Below, piece by piece: positions 11,795 to 19,859 of a stretch of 22,748 bases of DNA. Position 1 is the first letter of the stretch; each line of letters starts with the position of its first letter. Both the position numbers and the translations under genes were made by a program. The stretch covers positions 1-22,748 of the forward strand of contig JBCCQY010000152.1 of assembly GCA_039208735.1 (NCBI GenBank), given 5' to 3'. The notes under the pieces were generated by a model, which saw only the letters and a list, made by a program, of their open reading frames with translations, was not told the origin of the DNA and ran no database searches. Source of the stretch: Myxococcota bacterium. Lineage in GTDB: Bacteria > Myxococcota_A > UBA796 > GCA-2862545.

Positions 11795-12261
11795 CGTTCG
11801 AGCTGGTCGACGAGCACGCACAGGGCATCGTGGACCGTGTCGAGCGTCTCTCGGCCCACCGCCTCGCGCCACGGCGCTTCGAGGGCGCGGAACACGCGAA
11901 GTCCCTCGAGCATGAGCGCTCGGCCCGTCTGCGTCCAGCGAACCAACCGAGCTCGGCCGTCGGCGGGGTCAGGAACTCGCTCCACGACCCCCCAATTCAC
12001 AAGATCCTGGATCAAGGGCGTGATCGCCTGCTTCGTGACTCCAAGGTGGTCCGCAATCTGCGTGGCGCGCACCCCTTCAAAGCGAATCAGGGGAAACAGC
12101 CGCGTATGAGCGGGCCGCACGTTGGGGCTTCCTGGAAAGGCCCGGATGCGTTCGAGGGCCCGCTCGTCGAACAACCGGGCCGCCTTCAACAGCATGAGGC
12201 CCACGTTGGCCCGTTGCGCAGCATTGAGGGCGTCGTCACCGAGGTCGTTGCCATCAGCCAT
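11791..12261 (-). CDS. MarR-family transcriptional regulator
   Basis: HTH ATQIADHLGVTKQAITPLIQDL and wing GVVERVPDPADGRARLV (DxR). Confidence 0.92.
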   Translation of the reverse strand: MADGNDLGDDALNAAQRANVGLMLLKAARLFDERALERIRAFPGSPNVRPAHTRLFPLIRFEGVRATQIADHLGVTKQAITPLIQDLVNWGVVERVPDPADGRARLVRWTQTGRALMLEGLRVFRALEAPWREAVGRETLDTVHDALCVLVDQLER

Positions 12262-12279
12262 GTTTCGCTGCAGGGCTAT

Positions 12280-12328
12280 TGGTCAACCAAGATTGACTAG
12301 TTACGGATCGGTTCATCATCCTTGACCA
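12280..12328. promoter_or_regulatory. Two candidate MarR operator palindromes
   Basis: tgGTCAA-ccaaga-TTGACta (12280-12299) and a degenerate cgGTTCA-tcatcc-TTGACca (12309-12328) lie in the 85-bp divergent spacer. Confidence 0.55.
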
Positions 12329-12346
12329 TATGCCTCGGAGGTTGGC

Positions 12347-13204
12347 ATGACCGCTGTTCCCGCTTGGCTCGACCGTTCGCGTTGGCCCCATGACGTGCAC
12401 TCCTACACCGATCCCGACGGGACGATGGCCTTTGTCGACGTCGGACCGCCCGACGCGGCTCCCGTCGTGTTCGTCCATGGTACGCCCACGTGGTCCATCG
12501 AGTGGGCCGCGCAGCTCGAGGGGTTGCCACAACGGCGGTGCATCGCCGTCGATCACCTCGGATTCGGGTTGTCCAGCCGCCCTGATGTAGGGTACCGGCC
12601 CGAGGACCATGCCGCTCGGTTTAGCCGGTTTATCCAACACCTTGGCTTGTCCGACGTCACGCTCGTGGTGCATGACTTTGGCGGACCCATCGCCCTACCT
12701 TGGGCCATCGCGAATCCCGATCGGGTGCGCCATCTCGTCATCGTGAACACGTGGGGATGGTCGCTCGACGACGTCGCCCACGTGGCCCGGCCGGCGCGGG
12801 TGTTTGGCACCGGGTTCGGGCGCTGGCTTTACGGCACGTTCAATGTGAGCATCGAGCTGTTGGCCGCGACCGCGTGGACCGATCGCCAACGCTGGCGGCA
12901 GCTCCTCGACCAGATCCGCCCAGTGTTTCCCGACTACCGCAGCCGCACTCAGGTGCTGTGGGCGCTTGCGAAGTCATTGCTCGGCTCTTCTTCGCACTAT
13001 GCGTCGATTGAGGCAGGGTTGTCCGAACTCTCGGGGGTGCGCCGCAGTGTGTTTTGGGGCACGGAGGACCCGGCGTTTCCCAAGACGTTTCGGGACCGCT
13101 GGCTCGAACATTGGCCGGACGCAGAGCGCATCGATGTGGCAGCCGGACACTGGCCCCACGTCGAAATGCCCGCTCCCCTCATCGAGCATCTACGTCAGAA
13201 CTGA
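12347..13204 (+). CDS. Alpha/beta hydrolase, haloalkane-dehalogenase/OleB-like (Asp nucleophile)
   Basis: HGTPTWS, DHLGFGLS, VHDFGG, WGTEDPAF and AGHWPH motifs. GGAGG RBS. Confidence 0.88.
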   Translation: MTAVPAWLDRSRWPHDVHSYTDPDGTMAFVDVGPPDAAPVVFVHGTPTWSIEWAAQLEGLPQRRCIAVDHLGFGLSSRPDVGYRPEDHAARFSRFIQHLGLSDVTLVVHDFGGPIALPWAIANPDRVRHLVIVNTWGWSLDDVAHVARPARVFGTGFGRWLYGTFNVSIELLAATAWTDRQRWRQLLDQIRPVFPDYRSRTQVLWALAKSLLGSSSHYASIEAGLSELSGVRRSVFWGTEDPAFPKTFRDRWLEHWPDAERIDVAAGHWPHVEMPAPLIEHLRQN

Positions 13205-13578
13205 TCTTCGCGGACGTACTTCTCTTCGAGGGTGTCTGCCACAGCGGCAATCCGCGCCAGCAAGAAGTCGAAGTCCTCGAACACAAGGTTCTCGAGCAGC
13301 ACGTTGTAGATGACGAGGTAGACATCGCCCGACAGCGCCACCGTGGCCAACGGCAGGCGTGCGTTGTCGTGCAACAGGACCTCGGGCTCGACCTGGCCTT
13401 TGCGGGCGAAGGGGCTCTTGAACTCCAGCATCTCGCGGTCCGCCGCCTGGAACCTACGCACCAGGATGCGCTGCTTGCGGTTGTCGTCGTACGACCACAC
13501 CATGCTCATCATGTCGGGTTGGTCGTCATGCAGGCGGTACTTGGCCCGCATGTGCGTTCGGATTTCGTCCCACGTCAT
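13195..13578 (-). CDS. Small cytoplasmic protein, YbjN / type-III-chaperone-like fold
   Basis: 127 aa with GGAGAGGA upstream. The alpha-beta pattern ends in an amphipathic helix, IAAVADTLEEKY..EDQF. Confidence 0.6.
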   Translation of the reverse strand: MTWDEIRTHMRAKYRLHDDQPDMMSMVWSYDDNRKQRILVRRFQAADREMLEFKSPFARKGQVEPEVLLHDNARLPLATVALSGDVYLVIYNVLLENLVFEDFDFLLARIAAVADTLEEKYVREDQF

Positions 13579-13604
13579 GTTCTTCTCGCGTCCTCTCCGA
13601 GGCT

Positions 13605-14288
13605 CTAGCTCGGCGATCGGGATGCGGTGAGCGCCGGCTCAGTCCAGGTGGGGTCGGGAACGGGCAAGGTGGTTGCAGGGCCGGTGAATCCGTAGTGATG
13701 GAGGTAGAACGTCAGTCCTTCGGGGGCATCGCTCGGTGTGGGTCCGCCTCCGTAGAGTCGGTCACCGCGGATGGGAATGCCCAAGAACGCAGCGTGCAGG
13801 CGGATCTGATGGGTCACTCCGGTCTGGATCGTCGCCTCGACGAGGTGGCCACCCAGTACCCGAAAGCGGGTACGGGCGGAAAACCAGCGTCCTCGGTGCG
13901 GTGTGTTCGCCGAGCGCTGAACGACCATCCGTTTTTTGTGGCGGCGGTCGTGGGCGAGGGGGCGGTCACACTCGTGTGACACCCAGCGGGGGGGCCGGGC
14001 GGCCCACAGGGCGTACCGTTTGCGGAGTCGATGGTGCGCGAAGCAATCGCGCAGGAATGCGAGCTGTTCGAGGTCTTGGGCTACCGCCACCGCTCCCGAG
14101 GTGGAGACATCCAGCCGATGTGCGAGTCCTCCGGCAAATCCCTCGGGCCAGGCCACGTTGCGGCGCCACGGCTCCGCCTCGTAGAGCCGCGCCAACACAC
14201 AGTCACCTTTTGGGTCGTGATGCGGCGGAAACACGGGAATTCCCGCAGGTTTGGGCCAACTGTCGACCGTCAAGCTGGGGGTGCCCAC
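13605..14288 (-). CDS. RluA-family RNA pseudouridine synthase (no S4 domain)
   Basis: KPAG, HRLDVSTSG (catalytic Asp), TGVTHQIRLH and GDRLYG motifs. Confidence 0.92.
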   Translation of the reverse strand: MGTPSLTVDSWPKPAGIPVFPPHHDPKGDCVLARLYEAEPWRRNVAWPEGFAGGLAHRLDVSTSGAVAVAQDLEQLAFLRDCFAHHRLRKRYALWAARPPRWVSHECDRPLAHDRRHKKRMVVQRSANTPHRGRWFSARTRFRVLGGHLVEATIQTGVTHQIRLHAAFLGIPIRGDRLYGGGPTPSDAPEGLTFYLHHYGFTGPATTLPVPDPTWTEPALTASRSPS

Positions 14289-14403
14289 TTGCCGGCCGCG
14301 GAGAGCTTGTCGGGCTGGTTACGAGGAGACAGGGAGCAGGACGAAGGCATCGGGCCGACTATCGCCCGGCCGGTCCATCGCCCACCCCGCAAAGGAGAGG
14401 CAC

Positions 14404-14991
14404 GTGGCCGACGAAACCAACGAGACCCCCGACGACGACACCCCTGGGTCGAAGGGCCCGTTCGGCGGCTTCCGCATCGAGATCGACCCCGAGAAGGTCG
14501 AAGATGCACTCAAGACGGTGCAGGAACGAATCCGTGAGTCCATCGAGGCAGGCCGCTATACCAAGGTCCGCTTGTCTTACCGAGGCAAGGCCCTGGGCCC
14601 GGACATTCCGCTGCCGGTGTTTCTCGCCGCTGAAGGGGTGACGTTTTGGGTGTTGTCTCCGCTGGCCGCGCTGTTGGCGAACCTCGGTGCGCGAGCGATT
14701 TTGGACGTTCAGTTCATTCACGAGGCCGATGAACTCGTGCAGCAAGGCCAGGCCGCCTACCTCGAAGGTGAGCTTGAACTTGCGGAAGAAAAGTACCGGC
14801 AGGCCTTGGACCGTCGTGCCGAAGACCCAGCTGCACTCTTTGCTTTGGCGACACTTCTACGGGTTACCGACCGGTCCGATGAGGCGCTCCTTCTTTTGCG
14901 AAAGGCGGCAATGGGTCCCGAGGGGCATCCCGACGTGAAGCGAGCGGCAGAGGCGATCGAACGAATGACCGCAAAGGGCAAGTCTCTCTGA
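14404..14991 (+). CDS. DUF4342-like domain plus TPR protein
   Basis: AAGGAGAGG RBS before GTG 14404. EAGRYTKVRL..DIPL plus a hydrophobic stretch, then TPR-like GQAAYLEGELELAEEKYRQAL. Confidence 0.75.
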   Translation: MADETNETPDDDTPGSKGPFGGFRIEIDPEKVEDALKTVQERIRESIEAGRYTKVRLSYRGKALGPDIPLPVFLAAEGVTFWVLSPLAALLANLGARAILDVQFIHEADELVQQGQAAYLEGELELAEEKYRQALDRRAEDPAALFALATLLRVTDRSDEALLLLRKAAMGPEGHPDVKRAAEAIERMTAKGKSL

Positions 14992-15221
14992 GCGTTGTTC
15001 ACGATCGCTCGCCTTCGCGGGATTTGTGACGTCCGAAAGGCCAGGTGCGGTCGGTAACGGATGCCCAGACTTTGTGAGAGCCGCTGGCCCGTGTTGACTT
15101 GACCCCGCCGAGGGGCTCTTATGTCGCCGGCAAGGGGAACCCCTCGCCTCGGACGCTTGCGACAGCTCAGTGTCCGGCCTGAAAACACGTCGAACTTCCT
15201 CGACGTGGAGTGGAGACATAC

Positions 15222-15371
15222 ATGCGCATCTGGAACATCCTGGCTCTCGCGGCTTCCATGGCTTTCGCAGTTGGCACGGTCGGCTGCACCGGTGACGACA
15301 AGACCGACTCGGCCGAAGAGGCGGACGCGGACGCGGATAGCGACGCCGATAGCGACGCGGACGCCGAGTGA
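15222..15371 (+). CDS. 49-aa Asp-rich lipoprotein (absent from the ORF track)
   Basis: GGAG 6 nt before ATG. Translated by hand as MRIWNILALAASMAFAVGTVG-C-TGDDKTDSAEEADADADSDADSDADAE*. A hairpin follows. Confidence 0.8.
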   Translation: MRIWNILALAASMAFAVGTVGCTGDDKTDSAEEADADADSDADSDADAE

Positions 15372-15411
15372 TCTAAACCGCATCGCTGACCATTACGGTC
15401 ATCGACGCACC

Positions 15412-15460
15412 ACACGGACGTCGGAGCACCTCGTTTCAGAGATGTTCCACGTCCGTGTTT
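15412..15460 (+). terminator. Long hairpin, probable terminator of the small lipoprotein gene
   Basis: ACACGGACGT (15412-21) pairs with ACGTCCGTGT (15449-58), with an imperfect inner stem and a short T-rich tail. Confidence 0.6.
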
Positions 15461-15608
15461 CCGTTTCGGATTTGACATAGTTGGCCATCTGCCGCGTTGT
15501 GGCCTCAGGGGATGATCCGAGGGCTAATTGAAACGGGTTTTCATTTTCATGATCCAGTGAAAACCTGGAATAAAAGCGTACTTAGAGGCATTCTAAACGC
15601 AGCCAAAA

Positions 15609-15653
15609 ACGTCACTTCTGGGTCCGTGCACCGTCACCGCCTGCCTCTAGTCT
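15609..15653 (+). promoter_or_regulatory. Candidate Pho box plus -10 element of phoX
   Basis: GTCAC (15611), GTCCG (15622) and GTCAC (15633) repeat at an 11-bp period. TAGTCT (15648-53) starts 10 nt after the last unit. Confidence 0.55.
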
Positions 15654-15682
15654 CGTGCGGAACCCAAGGAGTGACACCTCAC

Positions 15683-18013
15683 ATGCGCTCATCTCTTCTC
15701 TTCTTCGCGCTCTTCGGCCTTGCGGCCTGTGAAGGCCCTGCTGGCCCCGCCGGCCCCGAAGGCCCCGCGGGCCCCTCCGGTCCGGCTGGTGAAGACGGAT
15801 CGAACGGCGAGAACGGTGCGAATGGCGAAGACGGCCAGGACGCGACCGGCCCCGTCGCGGACGCGAGCATCCCCGCCTACGTCAAGCGCCTCGTCGACGA
15901 GTACGCGGCGGGCACCATCAATCCCGATCTTCAGTTCCCGCTCGCCGATGCCTGGACCGACACGGTTCGCACCATCGAAGGCATCCAATCGAACGTCGTC
16001 GTGAGCTGGCTCGACCCGATCACGACCGACGGCAGCCTCGTGTGGGGCTCGAACAACGACTACATCGCCTACGTCGGCGACGGCTTCGAGTTTGGCGTGA
16101 CGGACGGCCCCCAGGTCGCCGGCTCCTCCAACTCGGGCTGGATCTGGTCGAACTTCGAGTACATCTCGACCGCCTTCCCGTTCGACACCCCCCGCGTTGG
16201 TGGCGCACCCACCAGCCAGGCCCTCACCCTCGCGCTGTGGATGCAGCAGAACGGTGAGTTGAACTTCGACGTCACCGACGACGCCAACTGGGATCAGGCC
16301 GCGGTCGACACCTACGTCGTGCGCGCGCAGCAGATGCACGGTGGCGCCTGGGTGCGCGTGGTTCAGGATCCGGCCACCAAGGAGTGGACGATCGACCTGA
16401 ACGCGGGCAACGTCCGCTACGACTCGACCAGCGACACGCTTTCGCGGGTCACGGGCGTCGGTGGCTTCACCGGCCGGACCGACATCACCGATGACAACGG
16501 CAACGTCCTTCCCGACGGTGTCGTGCCCGGCATCACGGGTGACTGCTCGGGCGCTCTGTCGCCTTGGGGCACCGTCATCACGGCCGAAGAAAACGTGCAG
16601 TTCTACTACGGCGACCTCGAGGCCGGCTACAGCAGCCAGTTCCTCGACCCGGCGGGCTCGCACAACTTCGTGCCCGGCGCCAACGTGGTCCTCGACACCA
16701 CCGCGGACACCACCAGCACCTTCTCGAAGCACAGCGACCCCAATGTCGGTGCCAAGCCCCGCGACATCTACGGCTACCTGACCGAGATCGACGTCGGTGC
16801 CCCCGCCAGCCTCGCGTACGACAGCGCGACCGGCAACGGCCACATGAAGATCGGTTCGATGGGCCGTGCCCGTTGGGAGAACGCCGCGTTCGTCATGGAC
16901 ACGGACTTCAACCTCATCGACGGCCAGCCCGTGGTCATCTACGGTGGTAACGACCGTCGGTCCGGCCGCGTCTACAAGTGGGTTTCGTCCGCCAACTACA
17001 CCAACGGCATGACGAAGCAGCAGGTCCGCGCGCTCCTCGAGACCGGCCGCACCTACGTCGCGCACTTCGCGGACCTCGACAACAACACGGGCTTCACCGT
17101 GGGTGGTCAGGACCCGATCGACCAGGCCGGCCGCCTCGGCACCGGTACCTGGATCGAGATGAGCATCAACAACACCACCGACACCCCGCCGAACTTCGGC
17201 GCGGCTGGCCTCGTGAACCCCGCCAATGCCATGACGGTCGGCGCGGCGCTTCAGGACGTCGACTACAACAACATCGGTGGCTTCGCGAGCGACGACGACG
17301 TCCTCCGCGCCCTCTACACCGCGGCGAACAAGCTCGGCATCAAGGAGCTCAACCGCCCCGAAGACGTCGAATGGAACCCCTTCGACCAGCTGCTCTACAT
17401 CGCGTTCACCGGCCACACGGATGACACCGGCCTCGACGAGAACGGCGTTCTCGCGACGAGCCGTGGCGGCGCCAACCCGCCCAACGTCAACGGTGACAAC
17501 CGCCGCGAGCCCCACAATGGCACGCTCATGAGCCTCCGCGAAGGCGATCAGGCCAACCCGGCCGCCTCGTCGACCTTCGAGTTCTTCGTCTTCGGCGAAG
17601 ACACCAACAGCGCGCCCACGCGCGTCGCAACCGGTGTTGCGGCTGATGCGAATGGTGTGTTCTCGTGGCGCGCCATCGACAACATCATGATCGACACCGA
17701 CGGCGGCGTCTGGTTCGGCACCGACGGCAACCCCGGCGGCAACTCGGGCACCGACTCGCTGTACTACTTCGACAACAATCCGGCGCACGGCGAAGGCCAG
17801 CCCGGCGTCGTGAACCCGACCTACGGCCTCGCCTTCCGCGTTGCCGCCTTCCCGTCGGACTCCGAAGCCACCGGCCCGCACATCGTTCCGGACGGAACCA
17901 CGATCTTCGCGAACGTCCAGCATCCGGGCGAAGACGACTTCTCGACCTTCGCCTCGGGCACGGTCGGCACGCGTCCGCTCTCCTCGATGGTTGCGCTTAC
18001 TCTGAACCAGTAA
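15683..18013 (+). CDS. phoX: PhoX-family (DUF839) alkaline phosphatase, lipoprotein with collagen-like stalk
   Basis: AAGGAG RBS and LAAC lipobox. Motifs NFEY, DCSGALSPWGTVITAEEN, GRARWEN, NRPED, IDN, GTDG, SEATGP and NVQHPGE match the PhoX metal-ligand blocks. Confidence 0.9.
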   Translation: MRSSLLFFALFGLAACEGPAGPAGPEGPAGPSGPAGEDGSNGENGANGEDGQDATGPVADASIPAYVKRLVDEYAAGTINPDLQFPLADAWTDTVRTIEGIQSNVVVSWLDPITTDGSLVWGSNNDYIAYVGDGFEFGVTDGPQVAGSSNSGWIWSNFEYISTAFPFDTPRVGGAPTSQALTLALWMQQNGELNFDVTDDANWDQAAVDTYVVRAQQMHGGAWVRVVQDPATKEWTIDLNAGNVRYDSTSDTLSRVTGVGGFTGRTDITDDNGNVLPDGVVPGITGDCSGALSPWGTVITAEENVQFYYGDLEAGYSSQFLDPAGSHNFVPGANVVLDTTADTTSTFSKHSDPNVGAKPRDIYGYLTEIDVGAPASLAYDSATGNGHMKIGSMGRARWENAAFVMDTDFNLIDGQPVVIYGGNDRRSGRVYKWVSSANYTNGMTKQQVRALLETGRTYVAHFADLDNNTGFTVGGQDPIDQAGRLGTGTWIEMSINNTTDTPPNFGAAGLVNPANAMTVGAALQDVDYNNIGGFASDDDVLRALYTAANKLGIKELNRPEDVEWNPFDQLLYIAFTGHTDDTGLDENGVLATSRGGANPPNVNGDNRREPHNGTLMSLREGDQANPAASSTFEFFVFGEDTNSAPTRVATGVAADANGVFSWRAIDNIMIDTDGGVWFGTDGNPGGNSGTDSLYYFDNNPAHGEGQPGVVNPTYGLAFRVAAFPSDSEATGPHIVPDGTTIFANVQHPGEDDFSTFASGTVGTRPLSSMVALTLNQ
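15734..15841 (+). repeat. Collagen-like (Gly-X-Y)12 coding repeat
   Basis: GPA GPA GPE GPA GPS GPA GED GSN GEN GAN GED GQD, directly after the lipidated Cys-Glu. Confidence 0.9.
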
Positions 18014-18074
18014 CCAGCTTGCAGGAGCGTAAGCGACGAAAGCTGGCCGCGTAGGCCTGCAGGCGCGCAGCGCC
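18014..18074. repeat. Two REP-like palindromes related to the terminal tandem array
   Basis: 18052-18074 is the exact reverse complement of 22638-22660. 18014-18046 (CCAGCTT..AAGCTGG) encloses a variant of the same core. Confidence 0.75.
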
Positions 18075-18091
18075 ACTGCAATGAGCGAACC

Positions 18092-18120
18092 GCGGGTGCC
18101 CCACGTTGAGGGGCGCCCGC
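18092..18120 (+). terminator. GC-rich hairpin between phoX and the di-haem gene
   Basis: GCGGGTGCCCC-acgttga-GGGGCGCCCGC (one G-U pair), followed by T-rich sequence. Confidence 0.55.
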
Positions 18121-18167
18121 TCTGATTTCGATGTGTTGATTTTTCGGCTCAAACCATGGAGACCAGC

Positions 18168-19859
18168 ATGTTCCGTTTTCTGGCTGCATCCGGTCTAGTT
18201 GTGGCCGCTTCCTGGCTGTCGGCCTGTGGTCAAGCCCCTGAAGAGGTGGCGACACCCCCGTTCGAGGTCTCAACCGCCCCGCCTGCGGACTATGACCCGC
18301 TCGCTCTCGCGCTGCTCGACGACCATCTGACATGGCGCAAAGGGAACCGCGAAGCTTCGATTCCCGTCATGTGCTACACGGAGACGGCCGGCACCTCCAA
18401 TCCGTGCTGGGTCTGTCACACCCAAGGCAATCCCCCGGTGGCCTGGTACGACGCGAACCTGCAGCTGACCTACGCTTTTAGCGACGAAGCGCTGACCAAC
18501 AAGTGGCAAAACCTCTTCGAGGACCGCAGTGCGCGTGTGGCACAAATCTCGGATGAGGCGATTCTCGACTACATCCGGGTTGACAACTACACGCCGCTGA
18601 AGACCGCGATGGAAGCGCGCGGCGAGGAATATCCCGGCTACGTCCCCGATTTGGACTTCTCGAAGGGTTTCGACGGCGAAGGGTTCGCCCGCGATGGCAG
18701 TGGGTGGCGGGCACTTCGCTACAAGCCGTTCTTGGGTACGTTCTGGCCCACCAACGGCAACACCGATGACGTCATGATTCGGCTCCCCGAAAAGTTCCGG
18801 ACCACAACGGAACTGTACAAGATCAACCTGGCGATTCTCGAGCATGTGATCACCCTCGATCCGCGAAATCTGCAGTACAAGACCGCCACGCGTGAAGTCG
18901 AGCCCATCAGCGAAGTCGTGGCGGGCTTCGATCTCGACGGAGATGGCGAACTCGAACCCTCGATCACCACGATTGTCGGGGTGCCGCCTCACTACGCCGG
19001 GGACGCAGCGGACGTCAAAGCGGCGGGCTTCACGTACCCAGAGGGCGTGGAGTACTTGCATTCGGTTCGCTACGTGGATCCGGACGCCCCCAACTTGCTG
19101 TCCGAACGGATGAAGGAGCTGCGCTACTCCTCGAACTACACCGCCATCCCCGTTGACCGTCGCTACTCGCTGCACGAAAAAGAGCAGGACGAGCGGGAAC
19201 TTGGCAAGTTGCCCAAGTACTCGGGCTCGGCGAAATCGGGGATGTCAGGGTTTGCGGTCTGGAAATTCCAGGGCTTCATCGAGGACGAAAACGGTTGGCT
19301 GCGCTTGCAGAACCACGAAGAGACACGGTTTTGCATGGGATGCCACGGAGCGCTTGGCGTCAACGTGGACGGTACGTTCACTCTGTCGCGCAAGCTACCG
19401 GGAGCCGAAGGCTGGAAGTACCAGGATCTACGTGGGATTCAGGACGCCCCACAAGCAGGGCACGCCGACCCCGAGTACCTGACCTACTTCGCTCGCAACC
19501 GTGGGGCCGATGAGCTTCGTGCCAACGACGAGATGCTTGAGCGGTTCTTCGAAGAAAGCGATGGCCTTTACGAGCCCAAGGAGGCGGAAGTGCGTCGGGC
19601 CGCGATTGGGGGCGACAAGGACCTCGCCTGGCTCCTCACGCCTTCGCCCGAGCGCGCCCTCGCCTTGAACAAGGCCTATCGGGTCATCGTGGAAGATCAG
19701 GACTTCGTCCACGGCCGCGACGCAACGATTACCCCACCGGCCAACGTGCACCGCACCATCGAGAATGGCAGCACCGAGAATGGGGGCACCGGCCTGTTCT
19801 TCGATGACGGCAAGCTCACCCTCGATTGGTCCACGGGATCGGTCGCCAATGACGGTTAA
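18168..19859 (+). CDS. Uncharacterised lipoprotein with two c-type haem motifs
   Basis: GGAG before ATG 18168 and LSAC lipobox. CWVCH (18405-18419), CMGCH (19332-19346) and a DLDGDGELE Ca-binding-like loop. Confidence 0.8.
   Translation: MFRFLAASGLVVAASWLSACGQAPEEVATPPFEVSTAPPADYDPLALALLDDHLTWRKGNREASIPVMCYTETAGTSNPCWVCHTQGNPPVAWYDANLQLTYAFSDEALTNKWQNLFEDRSARVAQISDEAILDYIRVDNYTPLKTAMEARGEEYPGYVPDLDFSKGFDGEGFARDGSGWRALRYKPFLGTFWPTNGNTDDVMIRLPEKFRTTTELYKINLAILEHVITLDPRNLQYKTATREVEPISEVVAGFDLDGDGELEPSITTIVGVPPHYAGDAADVKAAGFTYPEGVEYLHSVRYVDPDAPNLLSERMKELRYSSNYTAIPVDRRYSLHEKEQDERELGKLPKYSGSAKSGMSGFAVWKFQGFIEDENGWLRLQNHEETRFCMGCHGALGVNVDGTFTLSRKLPGAEGWKYQDLRGIQDAPQAGHADPEYLTYFARNRGADELRANDEMLERFFEESDGLYEPKEAEVRRAAIGGDKDLAWLLTPSPERALALNKAYRVIVEDQDFVHGRDATITPPANVHRTIENGSTENGGTGLFFDDGKLTLDWSTGSVANDG

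Noticed and set aside
15127..15185. c-di-GMP-I riboswitch suggested by GGCAA..GGACGC..TCCGGCCT words
   Set aside because: The spacing and the GCAAAGC junction do not fit the consensus. Kept only as a generic structured leader.
15497..15682. N-terminal extension of phoX given by the ORF track
   Set aside because: It spans the AT-rich promoter region. The RBS and signal peptide point to ATG 15683.
15689..18076. 795-aa minus-strand ORF
   Set aside because: Antisense shadow of the strongly codon-biased phoX. The same applies to 4451-5305, 5498-6823, 9510-11108 and the plus-strand 2214-3398.
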